This document shows, piece after piece, positions 1-8,456 of a stretch of DNA of 64,000 nucleotides. The stretch is from IMG/VR virus record IMGVR_UViG_3300024259_000016, positions 50,060 through 114,059 of that record, one strand, 5' to 3'. The stretch's first letter is position 1; each line of letters opens with the position of its first letter. This DNA is from a virus. The notes beneath the pieces were generated by a model that was not told the DNA's origin, searched no databases, and was given only the letters and a program-made list of their open reading frames with translations. Position numbers and translations under genes: made by a program.

Positions 1-175
1 GGACCGCCTCGGCCAGGTTGTTAAACCGCATGGACCTGGCGTAGGCATCCAGGGCGCCCTTCTCGCTCAGGGCTGTGTGGGTCCCCAGCAGGAGGCCAGA
101 GCGGTGCCCCCTGATCTCGTAGGTCTTGAGCTTGACTTCGGTGGGGCCGAAGAATATCCGTGTTGTCTTAGGCAT
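1..175 (-). CDS. Hypothetical protein, runs off the window edge (MPKTTRIFFGPTEVKLKTYEIRG...)
   Basis: ATG overlaps the TGA of 175..438 (TGATG coupling). Confidence 0.55.
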   Translation of the reverse strand, partial: MPKTTRIFFGPTEVKLKTYEIRGHRSGLLLGTHTALSEKGALDAYARSMRFNNLAEAV

Positions 176-438
176 CAGCAGTCCTCCCCCCAGCAGCCCC
201 AACAGTCAGAGCTGGGCTCGCAGCCCGAGGGGCAACGCAGGCCCTGGGCCTGCTCACGCCCCCACTGCCCGACCACGGCCTGCTTGTCCTGCTCCAGGTT
301 GCTCTTGAACTTCTGGCAGATCCCGAAGCAATCGAGCGGGGTGTACTGCTTGTAGGCAGAAACATCCGGGAAGGTTCGGCCGATGAGGCTGGCCAGTTCT
401 TCGCGGGTCAGGTTCTGATCCAATTCGTTGAAGGTCAT
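175..438 (-). CDS. Hypothetical protein with Cys-rich C-terminus
   Basis: GGAG SD upstream; coupled to the next ORF. Confidence 0.65.
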   Translation of the reverse strand: MTFNELDQNLTREELASLIGRTFPDVSAYKQYTPLDCFGICQKFKSNLEQDKQAVVGQWGREQAQGLRCPSGCEPSSDCWGCWGEDC

Positions 439-453
439 GAACTTTTCTCCATG

Positions 454-888
454 TCAGGCGACGAGCCAGTCGCATCCGGCGGCTCTGGCGGCATCCACTT
501 GCAGGCTACTACACACCTGTATCGCGACACACCGCATGGTAATCTCGGACTGGAATTGGCCAGCTACCCTATCTCTGATCAGGTGGGGCAAGGGCAGGTC
601 AGTCCAGGCCTCCGACTCGAAGACCAGATAGGCCGGCGTGGACATCCTGGGCAACTCGAACAGCTCAGGGAACAATACCTCATCAGCTGGACTGACAAGG
701 AGCTGATCTTCGTGCACCCACCTGGCCGGGGCCATCTGATCAACCCAGATTTCAGGGGGCTGGGACCGGACAACCAGGTCAGGCAGTGAAGTAACCCTGT
801 CCAGGCCACGACACCAAGGATCCGCCGGCAGCTCCTCCAGGAGCAGTGCCCCGAGGATCAGGAAGACGAGCAGAGCGAAGATGAACAT
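454..888 (-). CDS. Hypothetical protein with N-terminal hydrophobic segment
   Basis: GGAGGT SD upstream of ATG; MFIFALLVFLILGALLL. Confidence 0.6.
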   Translation of the reverse strand: MFIFALLVFLILGALLLEELPADPWCRGLDRVTSLPDLVVRSQPPEIWVDQMAPARWVHEDQLLVSPADEVLFPELFELPRMSTPAYLVFESEAWTDLPLPHLIRDRVAGQFQSEITMRCVAIQVCSSLQVDAARAAGCDWLVA

Positions 889-1015
889 GCTACCTCCAGT
901 TGAAGGTTAGGGGAGATCATTGAATTTGCAGGTGATTCAAGTTGCTGGCTACCCCTCGCACACGCGGGAGTTCACTAGTAGGTGAGCCTACTTAGGCGGA
1001 GCTAACTCCCCAGGT

Positions 1016-1206
1016 GTAATCGATTGTTCACAGTGTAATCGGTTGTTCACGTGAACCGCTGTTCACAGGGGGTGTGAACGATTGTTCACAGTCCAGGGGG
1101 TTGAGGGTGTGAACGTTGGGTTACAGGTGTGAACGTCTGTTCACGGTCAACGGGATATGCTACCCTGTGAACGATTGTTCACATAGAGGTGTGAACTTCT
1201 GTTCAC
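1016..1206. repeat. Array of 8 copies of a 16-bp palindrome GTGAAC-N4-GTTCAC
   Basis: Copies start at 1016, 1035, 1051, 1074, 1109, 1129, 1167, 1191; five have both arms perfect. Confidence 0.9.
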
Positions 1207-1324
1207 GTTCCCCTAAACTCCGTGCGATATCAAGGGATTAGGGGGAACCATGAGTTTTCATGGTCCGGACGTAGGTATGGTGTGGGCTACTGGGGGGTGT
1301 TGCTCCGCTTTCCCTGTGATACTG

Positions 1325-2425
1325 CTAGGTATTCGCGGGGTAGAGTCTCATTCCAAGCTCATTGGGGGTGACACAGTATGTTGCTCCTGACCTTGAAGGC
1401 CAGTGGACCCAATGGGGAATGCTATGTAGATAGTTGCTGTATGTCTCTTGTGTTGACTCCTGAGCTTGCCTAGTGGGTGCTACCTGGTTACGGTACGCCG
1501 CGACCCTGGATGGTGTCAGGCGACGGGTGGTGCGTTGCTGTGCAGTCGCTTGACGCTTGATCTGTCGGTTGAGCTTGCGACGTTGTTTCTTCGATAGTTT
1601 GGATGCAGGGGATCCGCATACCTTGCGACGGGTGGCGCGGGATTCTGAACCATTTTGTGCGTGTTCTTCTATGTCCCGTGCACTGTAACCATGGTTCTGG
1701 GGGTCGTTTATGGGGTCGATAGCGTCGACGATAGGAGCAATCCCCCCCTTCCCTAACACCTTGCGTATGTTCCCCCGTAGCCGCGCGCGCTCGCTTGTAT
1801 ATTCAGCTTTTTGGGATGGGTCAAGGGGAGTACGGCACTCGGTACAAACGACCTTTAAACCGCTTGTATCAATGTCTACTGGCGCCATACATACGGGACA
1901 TACTGCCCCATGGTATTGATACTGCTCCGCCCCTTCTACACTCCAACGTATGGATCCTTGTATACTGCCCGGTCCTTGTGTAGGGCCGTACCCGAATCCC
2001 TGCATATTGCGAGACTGTACACAAGCTAGCTTGCTATCTACTTGCCGCGATTGGCTGTCATTGCGACGTATAGAGGCTACTACAGATTGTATAGACTTGA
2101 GTAATATACGTTTATAGTGAACAGGGAGATTATCTACAGTGGTTTGTACATTATTGAATGATGATGCTACTTTGTATATTTCCCTAGTAGATAGGGATTC
2201 GAGATATTGTATACAACGTGTGTAGTATTGTGGGCCATACTCGCCAGCGACGGGAGTAGGTAGCCCGATGACATGATCGGGTGCGCGATAGCCTGTCACG
2301 TCCCTATGTACTAGGGACCATGACGGCCAGTGTACCTTGACCAATGGATCAGGTAGCAAGCAAGGGAGAATCCCTTTGTAGGTTTGCTGGAGGGTATCGG
2401 GGGATGGTATTAGGGGGGGAAGCAC
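1325..2425 (-). CDS. Hypothetical protein with zinc-ribbon-like CPVC...CTEC and a basic C-terminal region
   Basis: 366-codon ORF in AT-richer DNA; two CxxC pairs; start uncertain. Confidence 0.55.
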   Translation of the reverse strand: MLPPLIPSPDTLQQTYKGILPCLLPDPLVKVHWPSWSLVHRDVTGYRAPDHVIGLPTPVAGEYGPQYYTRCIQYLESLSTREIYKVASSFNNVQTTVDNLPVHYKRILLKSIQSVVASIRRNDSQSRQVDSKLACVQSRNMQGFGYGPTQGPGSIQGSIRWSVEGAEQYQYHGAVCPVCMAPVDIDTSGLKVVCTECRTPLDPSQKAEYTSERARLRGNIRKVLGKGGIAPIVDAIDPINDPQNHGYSARDIEEHAQNGSESRATRRKVCGSPASKLSKKQRRKLNRQIKRQATAQQRTTRRLTPSRVAAYRNQVAPTRQAQESTQETYSNYLHSIPHWVHWPSRSGATYCVTPNELGMRLYPANT

Positions 2426-2451
2426 AGTACGGTGGGAGTAGGGCAGGAGCC

Positions 2452-2730
2452 CTACGCCAGGGACATGCTCGCGATCTTGTTGGTGAGATCCGAGCGCCGG
2501 TCCTTGGCAGTCTCGCCGGGCAAAGTGTCGCGAAGCGACCCCTTAAAGTCCGAGTAGGCCAGGGAACCATACGCCGCAATGATGCTCGCCTTAGACTTGG
2601 CCAGCGCGTCGACGGTAGCCGCGTGAACATCCGGACCGGTAGCACCGGCAGCCACTTGGACCGGGATGGTGGCGGATCCGGACTTGTTCAGGGGAACGGT
2701 GAGGGTAACTTTCTTTGGTGAATCGGACAT
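2452..2730 (-). CDS. Hypothetical protein
   Basis: AAGGAG SD; biased codon usage. Confidence 0.75.
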   Translation of the reverse strand: MSDSPKKVTLTVPLNKSGSATIPVQVAAGATGPDVHAATVDALAKSKASIIAAYGSLAYSDFKGSLRDTLPGETAKDRRSDLTNKIASMSLA

Positions 2731-2762
2731 GATATTCTCCTTTGTTGGTTAACTACAAGGGG

Positions 2763-2864
2763 TTAACGTGCCAAGTACTTGTCAAGGATCGCGGTAGTGC
2801 TCGCGGGGGTTTTGATGGACTTGCAAGGGATGGCCTTGCCGTTCTTCAAGATGATAGTGAACAT
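2763..2864 (-). CDS. Small hypothetical protein (MFTIILKNGKAIPCK..., 33 aa)
   Basis: AAAGGA SD upstream of the ATG at 2864. Confidence 0.45.
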   Translation of the reverse strand: MFTIILKNGKAIPCKSIKTPASTTAILDKYLAR

Positions 2865-2883
2865 GGTTGCTATCCTTTGGTAA

Positions 2884-3081
2884 TTACCATCTGAGATTGA
2901 AGTCAGAGTAACCAAACAATTTGGCCACCCTTTTTGCTTGTTTCTTGATCTCCCCTCGGACAGCTGCTTTGTCAGTGGGGGAGAAGTTGTGATCATGGTT
3001 TTCATCTAAAGCCATCAAAGCATTCTCAAAGGAGTACAGAAGCCTGTCTTGTGCTTCCCGTTTTGCTTGTGTCTTTGTCAT
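2884..3081 (-). CDS. Hypothetical protein
   Basis: 65-aa ORF; TTGACC -35-like hexamer upstream on the minus strand. Confidence 0.65.
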   Translation of the reverse strand: MTKTQAKREAQDRLLYSFENALMALDENHDHNFSPTDKAAVRGEIKKQAKRVAKLFGYSDFNLRW

Positions 3082-3855
3082 ACCAGAAGAGTGGGTTATA
3101 TGAGAGTATAGGTCAAGGGAAAAGAACCTATGATATTACGCTAGGTTACTGTGATTCAGTGGTATCTGCTATCCCGGACCATGCAAATAAGGGAGATCCC
3201 CAAGGGAAGGGATCTCATAAGATAGAATGAACCGTGATCCTGCTACCATCGCGCGCGTACCCGTACCGCCAGTGCTGGCCGCCGGACCACCACTGAATCG
3301 GTCGAGACAGAGTCAAGCGATGGATCCGGACAGAGGACAGAATGTTAGCTAAGTGTAGGTAATGACAGATGGAATGCATACCTACATGATATGAGAGGTA
3401 TCCTACAGTTACATACCAATACAAGGAATACAAGGTATTTCTATCCTACACTGTAGGGAAGTGTATACAATCCACCTATAGGTTTTCTGTAGTGATAACA
3501 GATAGTTACGCTGGAATCAATTCTAAGCTCATAACCTATACTCCTATACCAGGGGATACCTCGAACCGGTAGGGAGCCTCACAGGACCTAGAATAATAGG
3601 GTCCATCCAGACATGGTTAGGGTTTCTGGAACCTAGTGCCAAGTCTATAGACAAGGTAGACAATGACCCCTTTTCCTGTGTAGGGTAGGGTAGTGTGGAG
3701 TAGGTAGCAGCCTACAGTGGGGGGTAGGGTAGGAGTAGGGACCGGGGTACGGTATACAGGGGAACCGGTCCGGACCTTGACCACCCTCGCCCGCCGGACA
3801 AGGGTATTCCCCTTGAATTGGGGTACCGAAATGCCGGATTTCCCACGCGGGGGGT

Positions 3856-4030
3856 CCCATCACGCTATCAACTACTCGGTCCTTAGATACATAAGTATAT
3901 ACTCCCGTGACAACCCCCATCACGATATCGTATCGAAAACTCCCCTATGATGATTCATATACTCCCATAACAACTCCCGTCACGCTATCAAATACCCCGA
4001 CCCCCCATAAACTGGCATATACTCCCATAG
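3856..4030. repeat. Degenerate direct-repeat array, 60-bp period (about 35-bp conserved unit YATATACTCCCRTRACAACYCCCRTCACGMTATCR plus about 25 bp variable)
   Basis: ATATACTCCC at 3897, 3957, 4017; TCACGMTATC at 3860, 3920, 3980. Confidence 0.8.
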
Positions 4031-4100
4031 CAGTTACCGGTGGACCTCGTGACCCCTCCTGTACTACATTCCCGACAGAGATTGGCGGCCAGCAACCGTT

Positions 4101-4139
4101 GCCCTCCAGGCGTCCTACCGCTTGGGGGGCTTTCTCTTT
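4101..4139 (+). terminator. Rho-independent terminator
   Basis: Stem GCCCTCCAGGCG/CGCTTGGGGGGC followed by TTTCTCTTT. Confidence 0.7.
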
Positions 4140-4271
4140 CCCTCCTGATGCAGCTATGAACCTGCAGCCGGCCCCCGCGGCGCCGGCCGTATTCCCTCTG
4201 CAGCACCTTCTCTTATCCCGAAGATCCTGACGGCCCTCTATTCTAAAAGAAAAGCTGGCCCCACATCTATT

Positions 4272-4313
4272 GTGCCACACGTGGCACCTGACAGGTATGT
4301 GTCAGTGTGCCAC
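4272..4313. promoter_or_regulatory. Operator-like GTGCCAC-AC-GTGGCAC inverted repeat plus an extra half site
   Basis: Perfect 7-2-7 palindrome at 4272-4287; GTGCCAC at 4307; directly upstream of the first plus-strand gene. Confidence 0.65.
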
Positions 4314-4322
4314 ACCTTTGTG

Positions 4323-4664
4323 ATGAAATACAGCGACAAGAAGAACCGCAAGGCGGTTGGATCCTTCGATTGGCAAGCGCAGGGGCGGCCGGAAGTCAAC
4401 CCGTTCTCGGCGGGTCAGGAAACCTTCAGCGCCGGCATATTCATGTGGAAGCTACGGCCCGCCAAGAAGGACGGCCAGCCGAGGTACAAGAAGGGTCCGA
4501 TCGTCCTACGTGTGAAGGGCTACGCCGCGGACCCGAGCAAAGACCTGTTCGTCAGCTACACCGTCGGGAAGGTGCTTCGGGTAGACATGGAGAAAGGGGA
4601 GGTGGTCCTGCAAAAGATACTACGATGTGTTGTGGCGGATCGCCAAGGCCTACAAGACACCTGA
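4323..4664 (+). CDS. Hypothetical protein, possibly continuing via a +1 frameshift to 4788
   Basis: GC3-biased ORF; protein-like +1 frame from about 4615 to TAA 4788. Confidence 0.6.
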   Translation: MKYSDKKNRKAVGSFDWQAQGRPEVNPFSAGQETFSAGIFMWKLRPAKKDGQPRYKKGPIVLRVKGYAADPSKDLFVSYTVGKVLRVDMEKGEVVLQKILRCVVADRQGLQDT

Positions 4665-4798
4665 CCAGCTCCGTAAGGATCCGAACGTGGAGGTCCTGGG
4701 CCTCGAGGAAGTCATGGAGATGGCCTACCAGAACATCCAGACCGAGGCCAAGAACGCTATCCGTCGACGGCGCCGGCCTGCAGAATAAGGGGAGAACC

Positions 4799-5218
4799 AT
4801 GGACAAGTTCAGGAAAGGGGACCTGGCCCACTGCACCAGCGGGGACCCGACGATGAAGATGACACATACGATGTGTTCCCAGCTGGGGCAGTGGTGGGCC
4901 GAGATGGCCCCAAAAGAGCTGCCGGGTCTCCTGCATGTTAATGGCCTCCGTACATGGATGGAAGTCAGGGGGACGGAGGCTGAATATGATATCCGCCCGC
5001 GCGCGCTAGAGTTTGCAGCCCGTCTCGTGGTGGACCCAGACAAGGAGAGCCCCGACCTTCCTCCCTCTGTCCCGAAGGAGTTTAACGTATCCTTCCTCGT
5101 CCCGAAGATCCTCTTGGCCGGCAAGAGCCGTCAGGAGGCCGAGGGGGCCGCCCGCCATCATATCTGCATACTGATGCCGTTCAGGGTTCGTGAAGCCCAT
5201 GAGCCGGGGTTGAAATGA
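4799..5218 (+). CDS. Hypothetical protein
   Basis: GGGGAG SD; ATGA overlap with the next gene. Confidence 0.7.
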   Translation: MDKFRKGDLAHCTSGDPTMKMTHTMCSQLGQWWAEMAPKELPGLLHVNGLRTWMEVRGTEAEYDIRPRALEFAARLVVDPDKESPDLPPSVPKEFNVSFLVPKILLAGKSRQEAEGAARHHICILMPFRVREAHEPGLK

Positions 5219-5445
5219 CCAGGTGGAGGGTGAAGAAGATCCCACCTAAAGGGGCCAGGACCTGGAGGTACACCTGCTCCAACGGAGAGCTGACCTGCGG
5301 GACAGAGCACAGGAACCCAGAGGCCGCCCGCCAGCACTGCATCGCCTTAAATGAGCAGGCCGCGGAGGGGAGAAATGAAGGAGCACAAGGTGGTGATCAC
5401 GGGGAAAGCGGAAGTCCGCTTCCGGAAGGTCGTGATGGTCCCTGA
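5215..5445 (+). CDS. Hypothetical protein
   Basis: ATGA coupling; Cys/His-containing small protein. Confidence 0.55.
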   Translation: MTRWRVKKIPPKGARTWRYTCSNGELTCGTEHRNPEAARQHCIALNEQAAEGRNEGAQGGDHGESGSPLPEGRDGP

Positions 5446-5575
5446 GGATGAGCTGGAGGAGTACTGCCAGCCGGAGGTCCTTGACATGCAAATCGATGAT
5501 GAAGACCTGGAGGACCGGATAGACCAGATTGTCTCACTCGAGCACACGGTGGATGGGGGAAGCCCTGATGGCTGA
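5375..5575 (+). CDS. Small acidic hypothetical protein
   Basis: GGAG SD; overlaps the next start. Confidence 0.65.
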   Translation: MKEHKVVITGKAEVRFRKVVMVPEDELEEYCQPEVLDMQIDDEDLEDRIDQIVSLEHTVDGGSPDG

Positions 5576-5897
5576 CAGGAGCATTGCTGAGATCGTGCTG
5601 GCTGTCCAGGAGCAGGAGGAAGTGTCTGATGAGGAGCTCCGGCTCTGCCTGCTCGCCCTGGACTACAAGGCCCAGCTCGCTCAACGTAGGATCGAGAGCG
5701 CATTAGAACACGGCTCCCTTTTCAGGCTGATGCACAGGACCAAGTTGCAAGCCTTCACGGACTGGCACACGTTCAACAATACAACACCGAAGAAGTACCT
5801 TGGCCCTCGGTATACCCCAGGGACTGAGGAGAACACCAAGGGCCGGCGGATGAGCAAGAGGATCATGGATGCAGCGATGAGCAAGAAGGGTGGGTGA
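5568..5897 (+). CDS. Hypothetical protein
   Basis: Coupled ORF; protein-like composition. Confidence 0.7.
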   Translation: MADRSIAEIVLAVQEQEEVSDEELRLCLLALDYKAQLAQRRIESALEHGSLFRLMHRTKLQAFTDWHTFNNTTPKKYLGPRYTPGTEENTKGRRMSKRIMDAAMSKKGG

Positions 5898-6004
5898 GAG
5901 GACCGGGACGAGGCTGTCGGGTTCCAGTGAGATAGGACATCAGCTCCTGGGGCGGCACAACTGGGATCAGAATAGCAGCCTGAGGGGATGAGGGCAACCA
6001 AGGG

Positions 6005-6032
6005 TTGACAAAGGTGCCACGTGTGGCACACT
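6005..6032 (+). promoter_or_regulatory. Sigma70-like promoter overlapped by a GTGCCAC-GT-GTGGCAC operator
   Basis: TTGACA at 6005; perfect 7-2-7 palindrome at 6014-6029 in the spacer; CACACT -10-like. Confidence 0.65.
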
Positions 6033-6039
6033 CCTTCGC

Positions 6040-6411
6040 ATGGACGAACCTATCAGGTACAGAAGGCGGGGGATGAAGACCCGGACGGGCCTACGGGATA
6101 CCCTTCTACGGTGCGCTGAGCTAGAGAGGCAAGTAGAGCTGAAGGCCGGCGCTCTCCATAGGGTTGCCAAAGAAGCCGAGGTCCCGCGGTTGCTCCAAGA
6201 CCTGATGAGCTACTGCCACGAATTTGAGATCCGGGTGAAGGACGATCTGCGGGAGACCCTCCCCTTTTGCCCAAGCCTCTTTCGGATTGCAGACAAGCAT
6301 CGTCTCGAGCGAGTTATTGCAGTGGGAACGTGTGCTACGAGGTGCCCCAGCTTCACCTTCGTCGGAGCATCGGATACGACTGGCTACTTCTCGGGAACAC
6401 GCCAGGGCTGA
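6040..6411 (+). CDS. Hypothetical protein (may join 6287..6577 by frameshift)
   Basis: Follows the promoter; 125-bp overlap with the next ORF. Confidence 0.55.
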   Translation: MDEPIRYRRRGMKTRTGLRDTLLRCAELERQVELKAGALHRVAKEAEVPRLLQDLMSYCHEFEIRVKDDLRETLPFCPSLFRIADKHRLERVIAVGTCATRCPSFTFVGASDTTGYFSGTRQG

Positions 6412-6577
6412 CAAGATTCTAGGACAGCGTCTGCAGTGCCTGATGTTGATCCTGAATCATCGAAGAGTGGTTATTGTGTGCTCTGACGAAGAAGCGGCCA
6501 AACAAGAAGCCCAGGCGATCAAGGAGTTGGCTGCCCTACTCGGATTGGGGGAGCTGATCGAGGGAGAAGAAGAATGA
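6287..6577 (+). CDS. Hypothetical protein or C-terminal part of a frameshifted gene
   Basis: Stop coupled (ATGA) to 6574; weak TTG start. Confidence 0.5.
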   Translation: MQTSIVSSELLQWERVLRGAPASPSSEHRIRLATSREHARADKILGQRLQCLMLILNHRRVVIVCSDEEAAKQEAQAIKELAALLGLGELIEGEEE

Positions 6578-7161
6578 GGCTGAAAGATTCACTTCGGGAT
6601 GAGGGGGACTGGACTGCTCTTCTGGACTGGGTGGATGGGCGGTTAGGGACTACGCCGGATGAGCCTGCTCCTGCGGTTAACTTCCTGGAGCGTTTCGTTG
6701 CGGGGGAGATCTGGGTCAAGGCCGAGACGTGGGGCCAGCGTGCTCAGTTCTTCTCGGCACTATGTGCTGCGGAGCCTTTGTTACGGCAGACGGCCCCTTT
6801 ACCAAATCCCTCGGATGCCCCCTACCTTCGTGCCCGCGAATACCTGGTCGCCCTACAAGCTCGCACCCCCTTCGAGGGGAATAGGTTGAGGGGGAGTATT
6901 GTGGTCTCGGTTAATACAGCCTCGGGGGTGGGCGTCACAATTGCAAAGAGTGATGAAGCGGTAGAGATCCTTCAGAGGGAACAGAAGTTACAAATTGTCT
7001 ACCATCCAAGTCCGGCTACTCCAAAGCGAGACTTCCGACCTGCCTGTGCCAACTGCAAGGATAAGAGGTTTGTGAAGTACGCCGGGGGGGATTGGTACCC
7101 GTGCGAGCCATCAGATCCAAATGAATGGACCAGGCCCTGCCCTGTCTGCACCAAGGAGTGA
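6574..7161 (+). CDS. Hypothetical protein with C-terminal Zn-finger-like CANC...CPVC
   Basis: ATGA coupling; CxxC pairs. Confidence 0.7.
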   Translation: MRLKDSLRDEGDWTALLDWVDGRLGTTPDEPAPAVNFLERFVAGEIWVKAETWGQRAQFFSALCAAEPLLRQTAPLPNPSDAPYLRAREYLVALQARTPFEGNRLRGSIVVSVNTASGVGVTIAKSDEAVEILQREQKLQIVYHPSPATPKRDFRPACANCKDKRFVKYAGGDWYPCEPSDPNEWTRPCPVCTKE

Positions 7162-7165
7162 GAAC

Positions 7166-7705
7166 ATGCTGAGTGATTTCCCCCTAACGAGGGTTTGGGT
7201 GCACAAGCTGGCCAGGTACGATGGGGAGCGGACCAGGATAAACGAGAAGGTCGCAGCCTCCATGATGGGAATGGCGATCGTCCCGACGGCGAAGATGCGT
7301 CGGTCGGTGAGTGGGGGCCGTCGGTCTTGGCTCCCGATGCCGTTGAACTTGGAGATGCCTCGTGCCGCTTACGTGGTGGGAGTGAAGTACCTCCAGACAG
7401 GTTCTCCTACTTATGGCCACAATGATGCAGGTCCCCTTCTATTCGATGAGGCCGAAGCGCGAGTGCCGGTGCTTGAGTGCCGGTTCTGGCCGAGCGGGAA
7501 GTCCTTCTTCGTTCCCTTGGGAGGTTGGGTCTTATGCGAGGGGAAGTACGCTGGCCTTCGCCCGGTCTCTCCCCAGCAGCGATCCTGGGATGAGACTCCC
7601 AAGAAGACGGGTGACGATGCCCGGAAGGTGCTGCGGGAGGATGCATCCAAGCAGAAGCGGGGGCCCAACGGGGGATTCATCAAGGGGGGGAAAACTGATG
7701 GGTAG
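7166..7705 (+). CDS. Hypothetical protein
   Basis: AAGGAG SD before ATG 7166. Confidence 0.7.
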   Translation: MLSDFPLTRVWVHKLARYDGERTRINEKVAASMMGMAIVPTAKMRRSVSGGRRSWLPMPLNLEMPRAAYVVGVKYLQTGSPTYGHNDAGPLLFDEAEARVPVLECRFWPSGKSFFVPLGGWVLCEGKYAGLRPVSPQQRSWDETPKKTGDDARKVLREDASKQKRGPNGGFIKGGKTDG

Positions 7706-8456
7706 ATTTGTCCTCTGGTGCGATGTTGACGGTGTGGTTTCTAACACTGTGGCGGGGATACAGATCGAGGTGGCTCGGAATACCGGTGTAGTCTTTCGTC
7801 CTCAGGATGTAGGCCAGCAGGCTGTCACCCAGGCCCTCGCCGACTCTGGCCTCTTTGAGAGTGGTTCGGACATGGAGGTATATGTCAAAGAGGCTATCTA
7901 TAAGGCCTTTGCCAGCCCTTTGTTCTACTCAGCGTTGGGGCACTATCCTGAGGCCTGGGCCGCGGTGGTATCCCTGTTGATGGCTAAGTCTCAGAAGGAG
8001 CTCTGGGCAGATCTGGTTGACGTCAGGTTCCTGACAGCCCGCCCCTTTGAGACGACCCGTATGCGGGTAGCTTCCCAGAAGTGGATCTCGGACAGGTTCG
8101 GCTGGGATGCCCTACTCTACTTTGAGCGTGCCCACGGTGCCAAGGACAAGGGAGAATTCCTGAGTCAGTGGGGTAGGGAGGCTGCAGAGTCTGAGACTTG
8201 GCTCATCCTCGAGGACAGCCTCGAGCAGGTCTACGGAATTCAACGAGAGATCATGGCAGGCTGCTTGCCATGCAAAAACATCTTTGTCTTCTTGGTTGAT
8301 CGGCCTTGGAACCAGATGGGTTGTAAGGGGAACGATGAGATTCTTCACAGTCTGGCTAATGGGCAATGGATAAGGATTTCAGAATCGGGGTTGGAGATGG
8401 CCCTCAGCAAGCAGGTTCTGCAACACGCGCAGGATAACACTGAGGAAGAGGGCTGA
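7698..8456 (+). CDS. HAD-superfamily hydrolase, 5'(3')-deoxyribonucleotidase (NT5C)-like
   Basis: Motif I CDVDGV, motif II FLTAR, ILEDS and C-terminal DRPWN. Confidence 0.8.
   Translation: MGRFVLWCDVDGVVSNTVAGIQIEVARNTGVVFRPQDVGQQAVTQALADSGLFESGSDMEVYVKEAIYKAFASPLFYSALGHYPEAWAAVVSLLMAKSQKELWADLVDVRFLTARPFETTRMRVASQKWISDRFGWDALLYFERAHGAKDKGEFLSQWGREAAESETWLILEDSLEQVYGIQREIMAGCLPCKNIFVFLVDRPWNQMGCKGNDEILHSLANGQWIRISESGLEMALSKQVLQHAQDNTEEEG

Noticed and set aside
1016-1206. CRISPR interpretation of the palindrome array
   Set aside because: Repeats only 16 bp with gaps of 0-22 bp; no spacer-sized unique sequences
3856-4030. Calling the 60-bp array a bona fide CRISPR
   Set aside because: Repeats degenerate and non-palindromic, only two full units, no cas genes; kept as an unexplained repeat
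3215-4280. Short ORFs in the strand-switch region (72-111 aa)
   Set aside because: No SD, atypical composition, overlap repeats and terminator; probably non-coding
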